NCBI GenBank assembly: GCA_964016885.1
Contig: OZ024744.1
Location: 95,356,001 to 95,420,000, forward strand
Source: Eledone cirrhosa
Lineage: Eukaryota
Reading direction: 5' to 3'
DNA length: 64,000 bases
Shown here: positions 52,528-64,000 of the stretch, piece by piece
Numbering within the stretch: position 1 is the stretch's first letter
How the letters are laid out: each line of letters opens with the position of its first letter
Notes under the pieces: model-generated
Databases searched by the model: none
Told to the model about the DNA's origin: nothing
The model's input: the letters and a program-made list of their open reading frames with translations, nothing else
Position numbers and translations under genes: made by a program

Positions 52528-52892
52528 TTAACCCTTTAGATACCAATCTGGCCAAAACCAGTTCTTGTTCTATGAAATAAAAGCACCCATTTTAAAGGTC
52601 TCTAATTTATATTAAAATCTTCCAATATAATTTTATATAAGAATCTTTCATTAAGTTGCTACCTTTGTTACCAACCAGGCCAAAACTGGCTCTGGTTCTA
52701 TGAAATAAAGTCACCTATTTTAAAAGCTTCCAATTCAAATTAAAATCTTCCAATGTATTTTTATATAAGAACCTTACATTAAGTTACTATCTAAGTAATT
52801 AAATAATTAATAATTTTAGAAAAATCCCTCAAAATTCTTCATTAATTAAAATAGAGAGTATTTGATTAGAAATGCAGTCATGAAAGGGTTAA
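52528..52892 (-). mobile_element. piggyBac-type MITE family B-like
   Basis: TTAA|CCCTTTAGATACCAA...ATGAAAGGG|TTAA with an internal ~140-bp duplication. Confidence 0.6.
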
Positions 52893-53069
52893 AAAACTTG
52901 AAACTGCAGCCAGTATTGCAAATTTTCATATGGAAACATTGAAACAGCAAACACAATACCATCAATTCCATCAGGGAACGTGCACTGCTTTTATTACCTT
53001 CCTTGCTCAGACATACTGTAACATTACTGACAAGAACTACAATGTATTTGAGTATAATCTATAAATGCT

Positions 53070-53720
53070 GGCACCACGATAAAATGTGCCCGGTCCATCC
53101 TATAAGGTGGTTGTGCTGGTGACATGACAAAAAGTGTTTAATCTATCCTGTAATATGGTTGTGCTGGTCACATGACAAAAAAGTGCCCAATCTATCCTGT
53201 AAGGTGGTCATGCTGGTGACATGTCAATAAAATGCCCAGTCTATCCTGTAATGTGGTTGTGTTGAGATATGACAAAATGTGCCCAGCCTAACTGTAATAT
53301 GATTTTGCTGGTCACATGACAAAAAGCACCCACTCCATCTTGTAATGTGGTCATGCTGATGACATCACAAAACGCATCCAGTCCACTATGTTTGATAATC
53401 AGGCTAGTCACTTGACAAAAAGCACCCAGTCCATCCTGTAAGGTGGTCGTGCTGGTGACACAACAAAAAACACCCTGTCCACCCTGTTCACCCTGTAATG
53501 TGATAGTGCTGGTCACATGACAAAAAGCACCCAGTCCATTCTGTGATGTGGTTGGCATTAGAAAGGGCATCCAGTCATAGAAACCAAGCCAAAATACAGA
53601 ACCATATGAGTAAGACATGGTCTCCTGACCTGACTTGTCTCATAATGTGACAACAACCCATCTAAACCATGCAAGCATAGAAAAATAGACGTTAAACAAT
53701 GATGGTAATGATGATGATGA
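53070..53720 (+). mobile_element. SINE with an internal ~55-bp segment tandemly amplified ~9 times and an RTE-type tail
   Basis: Repeats of TGCTGGTCACATGACAAAAAGCACCCAGTCCATCCTGTAA, then GTTGGCATTAGAAAGGGCATCCAG...GCAAGCATAGAAAAATAGACGTTAAAC(GAT)n. Confidence 0.7.
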
Positions 53721-53838
53721 TTAACATCATCTATCATCATCATCATAATCATCATCATCGTTTAACAGCCATCTTCCACACTAGCATGGGTTAGACAGGT
53801 AGAGAGATAACAAGTATTACATAAATCTATGCAGCATA

Positions 53839-54101
53839 CTTGGAATCAAGTAGCACGCATCCCTTTTGGTCTTTCAAAGACTGAATCGTGGACTTGTTGC
53901 CACTTTTCGCCTCTGCCACTCAGGCCCAGCTAACAGCTTTCTTTTGCTAAAAGCTATGGATTCTTATCTAATTGCTCTCTTGAGAGAGCAAGACCACCTA
54001 TTGATGACGATGGCTCCCATCAAGTGGTGCTTAACTAAACTACTTATCCATCTACTGTAGGCTTTATGCGTTGGTAGCAACATGTTCAGCTTCTAGTATC
54101 C
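53839..54101 (-). repeat. 263-bp near-exact copy of an internal segment (57275-57537) of the neighbouring Tx1 LINE
   Basis: Identical 64-aa ORF-track peptides at 53866 and 57302. The only differences seen are TACGCGTCGG versus TATGCGTTGG. Confidence 0.92.
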
Positions 54102-54499
54102 TTTGAGTCCTCTCCTGATTATATCTGCCATTGTTAGTTGAATTCAGGCAACATTCAGAAAGAAATACAGAAGAAATACTGAAACAGGTTCATTGCAGTC
54201 CCCATAAGGGCTATATGATTGTCCCCACTCTGAATCGAATCTCTCCCCACCATACATAGATATGACTACTCACCACCTCTGCTCTACTTGTTACTGTCAT
54301 TAAAAAGAGAATTTGAAAAATAGAAAGAATCTGTATTATGAAATGACCTTTTATGTTCTGAGTTCAAAGCCCACCAAGGTTAGCTTTGCCTTTCATCCTT
54401 ACGAGGGTCGATAAAATAAAGTACCAGTAATGCACTGGGGTCAAGTTAATCAACTTTCCCTTCCCCCAAATTACTGGCCTTGTGCCTATTGTAGAAATC

Positions 54500-54858
54500 A
54501 TTATAAGAGAGAAGATATTTCTCCCACTGTCTGTCCATCACAAAATATATGTAGAAGGAGGGGGGAAAAGGGAATGAGTGAAAAATTGTTGTTGAAAGAA
54601 AAACGGTGAGAGAGAGGGGGGTGTGTTGGAAAGACAGATAGATACTTTAAAGAGTACTTCAACAATAACGTGATGTCATATTATCAAATTGTCATATTTC
54701 AATATCTTTCATTAGGAAACGTTTTCTCTGAACTTTACAAAGGTGTTTTCCATTGTTGTATGCATAAAACAACAACTTTTCGCTCCTCCCATTTTCCCTC
54801 CTTCTACATATATGTCTGACAAACAGACAGAGAGAAAAACAGCTTCTCTTTTATAATA
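54500..54858. mobile_element. Foldback/MITE-like element with ~95-bp imperfect terminal inverted repeats
   Basis: ATTATAAGAGAGAAG...ATATATGTAGAAGGAGGG...TTGTTGTT versus AACAACAA...CCCTCCTTCTACATATAT...CTTCTCTTTTATAAT. Confidence 0.6.
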
Positions 54859-54884
54859 TATATAGATAGAAAGATAGATATATT

Positions 54885-57800
54885 TCTTTATTTGCTACAA
54901 GGCCATACAAGAAATTGGACAATACAAAGATTTTACATACAATCGTGTAAAAAATTTTAACATAAAAATTCAACAATCAAAATCCCCAATAAGGAGGAGG
55001 CGTTACAAATGAGTTGTTTTATACCCCATAGATTGAACAACCCTTAACTCCAGGAGCATGTTTTGCAAGTGCTCCTTTCTTCTTTTCACTCTCTTCCTCA
55101 ACCTACAGGTTTATAAACAGAGAAGGCCCAATCACTCGGCCATTTTCGCTTCATTCACCCACCTTTCAGTAAATTTACTGGGGTGCAGTGCCTCTCTCTC
55201 CACCCTGATTCTCCTTCTAAAGTGATACTTTTTGTTGTCCGGAGAGAAAGGCATCTGTCCTCAGTCCTCTCAACCTCGTCCACCATATAACTTCTTTCAC
55301 CATAGCTACCATACAGAGGAAAACCGCCTCTCCTTTGTTTTTGAAAGAGGCTGGCAGTTTGATCTTTACTATGGACTCGGCAGTCAACTGGATTTGTCCC
55401 ATACGTGACAGCAGTTGTTTTGCATAGTTCCACAGGTCGGTTATGCCCGGGCAGTGTACAATTGCGTGCAGGACGGTTTCAATGTCCCGCTCGCATCTTG
55501 GACACGTCCTCTTTGAAGGATCCCTGCCAGGGCATCCATGCCTGTAGATCTTGTCTCGAACTGGTAGAGCTCCTCGGTAGCACTGCTAGGCCAGGGACCT
55601 CTGGAAGTTGTCCATAGGTCCTGGGAAGAAAGTCCTACTGAACAGACTGGTTTGCTCATCTTCTTTGACGCCCAGAGTCTCTCCAAGAACGTTATTGCAC
55701 TTGTACCGTAATAACCCTCTATCGAATGACAAAGTGGAGTCTCCACTGATTGCTGTGCCCGCTTGACAGAGGACTGTGAGCACCTGAGCGCATTCGATAT
55801 GCCAGGCACCCATTTCTTCAGTCTCTGCTTGACCTAGGACTGCAGCTCCATCAGCGAGACAAGTTGCGGAAATGCTTGTCTCATAAATGGAGCCCACACC
55901 GGTTGGTCGGTGAGGAATACCTGGAGATGCCGTAGCCTCAGAGCGTGTTTGCGCATCATCAGCCACTGCATTCCCAGCCATCCGTTGGAAGGGTGTTGGC
56001 AGTAGACGGATCTCCTCACCAGTGGAGCCTGCTTCTTCCACAGGAACTGGAAGAGCATGCGTTCCATCTTGGTGAGGTATTCACGGGGACAAGGCATGAC
56101 AGTCAAGCAGTAGTAGATGACGGATGCTAGGAAAGTGTTCGCCACCTCCGCTCGACCTTTCAAGGATAGTTTGCACTCTGGCCACTTCTGGGTGAGCGCA
56201 AATACCTTGGCTATGACCTCGTTCCAGTTTTTCTCCAGCTGGAGGTCTGGACCGAACCAGACCCGGAGCAATTTCACCGGTCCTTCCGTCCAGCGCCCAA
56301 TGACACTGTCGGGCAGCATCGGTTTGCCTCTCCACGTTCCTAGTTGCAAACTGACAGACTTGTCCGGGTTCAGTTTTGCTCCTGTTCAGTTTTCCTTCAG
56401 TAAGTTGCTGATCGACCCAATTTCCGAGGTTTTTGACACCATTACTGTCACGTCATCGCCATAAGCCGACACTGCTTTTCGCAGTCCTGGTTCCAAAGGG
56501 ATGCCCTGCTGAAGCTCTAGCTTCTGCAGTAGTGGCTCGAGAGTCAGCACGTATAGAATGGTGGGGAGAGGGCATCCCTGTCGGATGAAACGCGTGATTC
56601 AGAACAGCTCCGATAGGTAGCCATTCACCTTGACTGTCGAGCAGATGTTGGTGTGCATGGCCGTGATCCAGCCTCTGAAGACGAGTCTGAAACCGGCCGT
56701 CTTGAGAACTGTTTCCAAGTATCGATGGTCAACCCTATCAAAAGCCTTAGACTGATCTAAATTGATCAGCGCCCCACCGAAGCCGGGTTTACACCCCACC
56801 CTCTCTATGATGTATCTCATTGAGGTTGGACCTGGTTGGGATTGCACACATTTCTGCTTTTCCCCACCAGGTTCTCGACAACAAGCACTAGCCCTGTTGC
56901 TAGCACCTTGGCCAAAATCTTTAACTCTGTGTTTAGGAGAGTTATGTGCCTGAAATTGCTTATTTCATCCCCTTTGTTCTCGTCTTTCCTGATCAGCGTT
57001 ACTATGCCTCTGCCTACAGAACTGGAAATTCTTTCGTTCTGCTGCCAGTTGCAGTAGACGGCTTCGAGGATGCCTATGTAAAACTCATAGGGTAGACCAT
57101 CTAGAGCGTCCCGTATCTCAGCGGCTGTGATCGGTCTTTCTCAGTACTTCGCATCCATGCTCGAGAGTCACGGTAGGCCGTCGAGGTGTGAATCGAAGTC
57201 CATTGTGCCCCGTTCGGTGCACCACTCTGCTCAAACAGTTGTGCAAAGTGCTGCTGGAAAGCCATGCACATCTGCTTGGAATCAAGTAGCACGCATCCCT
57301 TTTGGTCTTTCAAAGACTGAATCGTGGACTTGTTGCCACTTTTCGCCTCTGCCACTCAGGCCCAGCTAACAGCTTTCTTTTGCTAAAAGCTATGGATTCT
57401 TATCTAATTGCTCTCTTGAGAGAGCAAGACCACCTATTGATGACGATGGCTCCCATCAAGTGGTGCTTAACTAAACTACTTATCCATCTACTGTAGGCTT
57501 TACGCGTCGGTAGCAACATGTTCAGCTTCTAGTATCCGGATCCCTGTCTATGCGTTCTATCATGGTTGATTATGCAGGTGACTAATTTGTGGTCCAAATA
57601 GGCAACCATGAACATTTGTGGACAGCTTAACATTTTCTTGTCTCTCTCTCTAATTATGAATCTGTCTAAATATGATATAGATGTCCCACTGTGATTTGTC
57701 CATGTCCACTGTGGTGCAGTTGGGAAATCTAGTTGATATCTATCGGCCAGTTGGAATCGGCCGATTAAATTTTTTAGGCTGTTGCACCCCGCTCTATTGA

Positions 57801-60070
57801 GACATGTTCCTAGATAGTCCCAACGTGCATCCAGGATACCATTCCAGTCCCCCACTAAAAGCAAGGAGCGAGACCTTCCCAGAAAAGACTAGATGCTTGA
57901 AGAAGTCTGGTCGGGGCATAAACGGCCACCAGTATGAAGGTTCCACTTCCACCACTGTTCACATCTAGGACCACTAGTCTACCCTCTGAGTCCAAGTATA
58001 TTTCCTGTATTCCGAGGTCCAGGTTTTTCCGAAACAAACAGCCACTCCCCCTCCACCTCCTGGCTGACAGAGAGATACGTAGATCTCAAAGTCATCAAAG
58101 ATGGGGTTAGTTGCTTCTTGTTGTGGATCCTGGACTCGCTGATGGCCATCACATCTATACCATGTGACCTAAGGTCATTTAAAAGTTGGCCCTGTTTCCA
58201 GGGCATCCCTAGGCCATGCACATTCACACTTCCAACTCGTATATTTGCCATGTTGGTGGAGAAGAGTTGGCGAAAAGACGAAAAGATACACTTACCTTTT
58301 CGTTTCCTGGATATCGGGTTGTTTAATCTCTATTTGGGTGTTGTTGGGGGTGTTGGGTGGGGTGTGGAAACATTTTAATAGGACGCGGTTTATGGGTTTC
58401 AGACAAGAGTTTCCAACGTCCTGCGAAAATTGGTCTTTTAGTTTGTTGTAGGTTTCTATTGGAACCCTTATCATCTTTAGGTGTGGTGCAATGTCTGATT
58501 TTCTAAAAGTTTTCCCCTCGGTTTCCCATTTGGGGACTTTGGAGATGACCTCCATTGGGTTTTTGTTTTTTGTGTTGATGTATGCGTATTGTTATTGAGA
58601 TTTTTGTTTGTTGTTCGTTTTGTAATTTTCTTTTGATGATGGGCATTTGTGTTTGGGGTGGTGTTGGTGTTTGTTTTGCTGGTAGGGGGGGGGGGGGGGG
58701 TGATTGTGGTGGTATTTGTGTTGTTGTTGTTTGTGTTGGTGTTTGAGTATTTGTGTTGGTGGTCGGTGTGTTTGTGGTTTTGCGGTGTCTCTTTTTTTGT
58801 TCTTGGATTTCTGATGCTCTCCTTCATCCTCACTTGGGGACGGAGAGGTAGCCTCGTCTGATGAATCGTCATCAGGGGCGTGTGGGAGGGATATGTTGTG
58901 TAGTGATGGTGTGTTTGTGTGTGTGATTGTGGTAGTGGGATGGGGTGGGACTGTTTTTCAGGGGAATTGTTTGTTTTTTTCTGTTGTTTGTGGTTGAGCA
59001 GTTGTTGGTTTTTGTGTATTTGCTTTTTTTTTGTGTTGCTGTTGTGGTGGTGGTTTTGGTGTTGGTGTTGGCAAAGGTACTTTTTTGCTGGTGTTTGTTC
59101 GTAAGAGGGGACAGGAGGTCTTTAAATGCGATGTGCTAGAGCATTTAAAACAATGTCGTCTCCCCCCTTCTGCCGAAATGTGAATGTAATTTGTGTTGTC
59201 CACTGGCACTCTTTCTGGGATCTTGGAAATTCTGTCTTGTTTCATTTGGACTAGAATTGCAAGCTTGTGCCATTCCAGGTGTTTCTTGTGGATTTTTGTA
59301 TCGAAAGGATTGTCTTCTTCCTCCTCCAAGAACCCTGCCATAATCCACCAGATATTAATATTTGGTGGTATGTTTGTAATATTTATTTTCTGTGTCCTTT
59401 TTCCCATGTATGTAGGGGAAAAGATGTATTTGATAAAGGTGACCGGGATCACCAAGTATTTTTGTGCAAGGGCCTCGCTTTTGAAAAGCACCGAAATGCT
59501 TCCATATTGTTTAGCCCTTTGTATGAAATATATGGAGGCACATGGCTTAGTGGTTAGAGCATTGGCCTTGCAATCGAAAGGTTGTGAGTTCAATTCTCAG
59601 ACCGGGCGATGTGTTGTTTCCTTGAGCAAGACACTTTATTTCACGTTGCTCCAGTTTACTCAGCTGTAGAAATGAGATGATAGGGACTGGGTTCCCTATC
59701 ATTCCACTGCAAACTGGTCGTGGAGGTGCCTCAGCAAAAGAGCACCCAGCACTCACTGTAAATGAGGTTGGTGTTAGGAAGGGCATCCAGCTGTAGAAAT
59801 CAAGCCAGAATCAGTTCCCGTCCCACCCTTGCAAGCAGGGAAAAAGCGGACGTAAAATGAAATGTTTATCCCTCCTTTCTGAAACAGTACAGAGAAGCCC
59901 GGAATACCTCGGCCTGGGGATGGTGTCTACATTTTGTGCTTATAAAAAAAATTTGTTGTAGATTACCAGGGGTTTAACTTAATTGGGTGCCTGAGAGTAA
60001 AATGTTCAACCCACGAAAGCCAAGAAGATAGGGTTAAGTAAAAAGGTATTCGACAAACCGAACATGTATT
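54885..60070 (-). mobile_element. Near full-length degenerate Tx1/L1-clade LINE (ORF1 gag-like zinc knuckle; ORF2 APE-RT-C-terminal zinc motif); 5' end approximate
   Basis: ORF1 has CFKCSSTSHLKTSC (CX2CX4HX4C). ORF2 starts at 58251 with MANIRVGSVNVHGL and contains GDWN, SYLDR, LDQSKAFDRVDH, QGCPLSP, SAYGDDVTV (~56455) and CPRC..ETVLHA. Many frameshifts. Confidence 0.9.
59534..59863 (+). mobile_element. Full-length tRNA/CORE-like SINE with RTE-type tail, inserted into Tx1 ORF1
   Basis: GGAGGCACATGGCTTAGTGGTTAGAGC...CCCTTGCAAGCAGGGAAAAAGCGGACGTAAAATG. ATGAAAT flanks both sides, and removing the SINE rejoins an open frame as ...RDKHFIQRAKQYGSI. Confidence 0.85.
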
Positions 60071-60149
60071 TGTTGTGCTATGGTACAATGAAAGTAATAG
60101 TTACAGAGCAGTAAGCATGTGGGACTGCAGTGGTGGAGAGCATGAAGGA

Positions 60150-60600
60150 ACTTAGTTGGATACTTTTAAGGTTACAGGCCCTAACACAACCAAAATGCTA
60201 AACAATGCGGTCCCCGGGCAAAAATTTGAAATCTTTTTCAGTCAAGAAAATTTGTTAAACATAAGTAATGCACATGCAAAGTTTAAAAAAAATTGGTTGG
60301 GTACTTCTCGAGTTACAGGTCCTAATGCAACCAAAATGCTTCAAAAAATCGGTTTTTCGCCTAGTACAGTCCCTGGGGCAAACAATAAGAAAATCTTTTT
60401 TGCTCAAAATACTTTAAAACCTAAAATATGCTGTTTTTCGCCTAATGCGGTCCCTAGAGCATTGAAAATTTGAAATATTTTTGACTCAAAACACTCACAC
60501 ATGTGTAAAGTTTGAAAAAAATCGATTGGGTGGTTCTCGAGTTTTAGGGAGTCAGACAGACAGACATTCTCTGTTTTAGATATATAGATATATATATATA
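60150..60600 (+). mobile_element. Non-autonomous Helitron/HINE-like repeat
   Basis: Internal repeats AAAGTTTAAAAAAAATTGGTTGGGTACTTCTCGAGTT and an end (CAGA)n-TTCTCTGTTTTAGATATATAG resemble non-autonomous rolling-circle elements; pattern recognition only. Confidence 0.4.
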
Positions 60601-62279
60601 TGTTTTTTTTCATTCAAGATATCATCACCATCATCATAATCCCTGCTACCAGAGGTTGAATAGATTATTACAGACCATGTCAGTACTTACCGCACTTCTC
60701 CGCATCAAAGACGCTTCATCCTCAAGGACGCACCTTGATTTTAACAACCAAAAATTTGTAAAAAAATAATAAACAACTTTCAGCCTCCAGGACGCATGGT
60801 AGATTTTTGAGACTTACTTTAGGAAAAAAGTAGCATCGGTAATTGAAACTACTGATTTCTAAGATGGGCTGGGTGGCGTTGGGAGGCGTATCTCATTTAC
60901 ATACACTCCTACACACAACCGAGTGTGCTGGGCACATTTTATCATGTTACCAGCACTAAGGATGTTGTCATTCATGTCTTTGACACAACTGAAGAGACCC
61001 CGACCCTTTGTTTGGCAAGTTTTCTACAGCTGGAACATCTTCTATCATCAACTATTTTACAGAGTGTACTGGGTGTGTTTTATTGTGGCACCAACACTAG
61101 GGAGGTTATCATGTCTTTGACACAATTGAAGAGTCCTCTCTACTTTTTGACAGAGAATAAATAAATTACTTAATGAAATGATAACAAAATCAAGATTAAA
61201 AAAATACCAAATAAATAACAGAAAACGAAAGAAAAAAAAAAGGAAAATAAAACAAATGTGCCCAGGACATTCTGTAGTGTGCAGGAGTGTATGTAAGTGA
61301 GGTGTGCTACCCCATTAGCATCCAGCTCATCTGAGAGAGCAGTGGTCCCAATTAAGTCCTGACATGGTCTGTAACAACACAATATGTTGTTGCTTGGTGA
61401 AGGCGAGTGGCTTTGTAGTTATGAGTTCAGCTCGTAATCATAAGGTCATAAGTTCGATTCCCGACAGTGCACTGTATCCTTGAGCAAGACACTTTATTTC
61501 ACGTTGCTCCAGTTCACTCAGCTGGCCAAAATGAGTTGTACCTGTAATTCAAAGGGTCAGCCTTTCACATTCTGTGTCACACTGAATCATCATCATCATC
61601 ATCACTATCATTTAACATTCATCTTCCATACTAGCATGGGAACTATGTTAAGGGTTTGCATGTTTGTGGAATGCTCAGCCACTTGCACGTTAATTTTATG
61701 AGCAGACTGTTCCGTTGATTGGATCAACTGGAACACTCATCGTCGTAACCAACAAAGTGCCTTCATTCATTTCTGTTGTTGCTTGAGTTTCATCAGGTGT
61801 GAGAATAAGTGTCCCAGCAGAACAAACTCTTCATAAAATGAATGTGCAAGGGATTGAGCATTCCACGTGCATCTGTAACCTTAAAGTAGTTTTTAACCCC
61901 CTTGGTGCTGCAGGTGACTGAATGTGCCGTCAGAGTAATCTCCCCTTAATACATAATACAGTATCAAGGGAAGCAATTCATTAAAAAAATTCAGCCTCCA
62001 TAAAGTTAAAGAGAAAAGGCTGGCCCATGGAATTACAGGTACAACTCATTTTTGCTATCTGAGTGGACTGGAGCAATGTGAAATATAGTGTCTTGCTCAA
62101 GGAATCAAACTCACAACTTTATGATTGTGACCTGAACACCTTAACCATTAGGTCATACACCTTCACAGCATGAAAATATATAAGAAAGATTAGAAAAGAA
62201 AAAAAAAATGCAATTGTGAAGATGACACAGCCCTGTCGTTACTTTGTTGAGTTTACTATCATAATGTTGCACTAGCCCC

Positions 62280-62660
62280 TGCAATTCTTCCACTTAATTC
62301 AGCCTCCTACCTTCCATAACTTGTGAACACGGCCCTGAGATACTTGAACTTCTCTACCTGCTTCAGTAGTACTCCACTCATTTATAGAGTGCACTGTGCA
62401 AGCTTCCTTGAGGGGATGAGTGTCTCAGTCTTCACAGCAATGATTTTCATTTTTGTAACACTTGGCAACAAACCTAGCAAGTGCATGTTGGAGATCACCT
62501 TCTGATGAGTTAAGTAATATCATGTCATCTGCAAATTCCAGTTGACTGATCCTACCACTTTCAATCCTGTTCATGCATGAAGGTTTTGAACAGGAGAGGT
62601 GACAATATGAACTCTTGTCAGTGTCTGATACCCACATTGAACAGTTTCAACTTAGCACTA
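62280..62660 (-). mobile_element. Degenerate RTE-like RT fragment
   Basis: ISQLEFADDMILL...GDLQHALARF, followed downstream by VEKFKYL. Confidence 0.65.
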
Positions 62661-62679
62661 TTTGTCCAAACACAAACAC

Positions 62680-62990
62680 AAATACTCGAACTAAGGAAGA
62701 AATTAGAGATAAGAGGGATCGGATGTTGTTTGCTCGAGAGAAGGCTACGTTGGTATGGTCACGTGATGCGCATGAAAGACGACAGCTGTATAACAAAGTG
62801 CAGGGCAATAAAGATAGATGGTAGCCACGGAGTAGGCAGACCCAGAAAAACCTGGGACGAGCTGATAAATTCCGACCTCACACACTTACACCTCTCCAAG
62901 ACAATGTCACTGGACCGAGAGCTTTGGCGGTACTCAGTAATAGAGAAGACCAGCGTTACCTAAATACAAAGTAAAACCTACTACAGTCAG
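62680..62990 (+). mobile_element. RTE LINE 3' fragment
   Basis: ERRLRWYGHVMRM...GRPRKTWDELI...DRELWR, homologous to the 9756-10640 ORF. Confidence 0.8.
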
Positions 62991-63054
62991 TAGGCATCTC
63001 TAACAAAATACACCCCCGTCCCACCACCCCCACCCCATCCACACCGCCCCTTTC

Positions 63055-63468
63055 AATGTAAAGTTATGTTGGTGCCACAAAATCCAGGCCGAAACAAATG
63101 AGATCGTGTAGGTGTCACGAAAAAAACACACAGTGCACGCTGTAATGTGGCCGTGTAGGCAACACGGTAAAAACCTCCCAGTCCCACACTGTAAATGTGG
63201 TTGGTGTTAGGAAGGGCATCCAGCTGTAGAAAACCTGCCAGACAGTCCACGCTGTAATGTGGCCGTGTAGGCAACACGGTAAAAACCTCCCAACCCCACA
63301 CTGTAAATGTGGTTGGTGTTAGGAAGGGCATCCAACTGTAGAAAACCCGCCAGACAGTCCTATGCGAGCAAGACAACCACTCTTGCCTCAAGTGGGAAAA
63401 CTCCCGTCCAAACCCATGCAAGCATGGAACACGGACGTTAAACGATGATGATGATGATGATGATGATA
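63055..63468 (+). mobile_element. SINE with an internal duplication and RTE-type (GAT)n tail; a related copy lies at ~42160-42365
   Basis: GTAGGCAACACGGTAAAAACCTCCC...AGGAAGGGCATCC occurs twice; ends GCAAGCATGGAACACGGACGTTAAACGATGATG. Confidence 0.75.
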
Positions 63469-64000
63469 TCAGGACAACAAGAAGCTGACCATCGATCTCA
63501 TACTCCTGCAGAACCCTCTACAGCAGGCCCTGTGGAATGCGTTCATATATCTTTTTGTGGTTTATGAAACAAACATACACCTCTTGGCAATACTCGCATG
63601 ATTTCTCCAAGACCTGCCACAGTGTGAATATTTGGACATACAGTTGTGCTGTATCAGGGGCAAAAACCATACTGTTTGTCAGCTAGCTTGGAATTGTTAA
63701 TATCACTACATATCTTTGTCAGACAATTAGTATAGACTTTAACAAGGGGGCTTAACAAGGAGATCCTTCTCTAATTAGAGTAAGCTCTCTTGTCTCCCTT
63801 GATTTCTGTTATGAATGAAATCATTTAACATTTTCTCACGCACACCACAAACCTGTCTCACACCAATTTTGGCTTACATTTAATTGTGTTCCAGGAATTC
63901 CATATAAAAATTCTAAAACGTTTTTGACAGATTTCTGTGTGACAGACAAACAAATATTGTTATACAGTTAACATAAAATAGGTTATAACCATTGAAAAAA

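Noticed and set aside
59534-59610. tRNA gene (also other A/B-box heads)
   Set aside because: The heads run directly into SINE bodies, with no complete cloverleaf and multiple diverged copies.
60688-60850. Possible Tigger/pogo transposon end fragment (AAGACGC/GGACGCACC motifs)
   Set aside because: Too short and decayed; no matching second terminus found.

Overview
AT-rich, repeat-saturated animal genomic DNA. The SINE, MITE and microsatellite repertoire looks like an octopod cephalopod (Octopus-like); this is recognition from memory, not a database match. The only supportable protein gene is the 3' part of TOGARAM1 (FAM179B/crescerin, TOG3-TOG4 domains). It has eight GT-AG exons on + from 9007 to the stop at 26179, all in phase, about 423 aa. 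The rest comprises: four long minisatellites (85, 50, 22 and 31 bp units); TTAA-flanked piggyBac-type MITEs; a Tc1/mariner MITE; tRNA-derived SINEs; an RTE LINE 3' end carrying a PHD-like finger; R4/Dong-type RLE fragments in (TAA)n; and a near full-length plus a truncated Tx1/L1-clade LINE. The most striking unexplained structure is a set of short segments embedded in (TA)n. Several of these fold back as long palindromes, and several carry minimal type-I hammerhead ribozyme motifs, consistent with Penelope-like/retrozyme remnants. The best example is an intact-looking hammerhead in both arms of a ~160-bp palindrome in a TOGARAM1 intron. Also visible are satellites grown from MITE termini, SINE-LINE tail sharing and a templated duplication of an internal LINE segment. 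Most ORFs in the supplied track are microsatellite or antisense artefacts.
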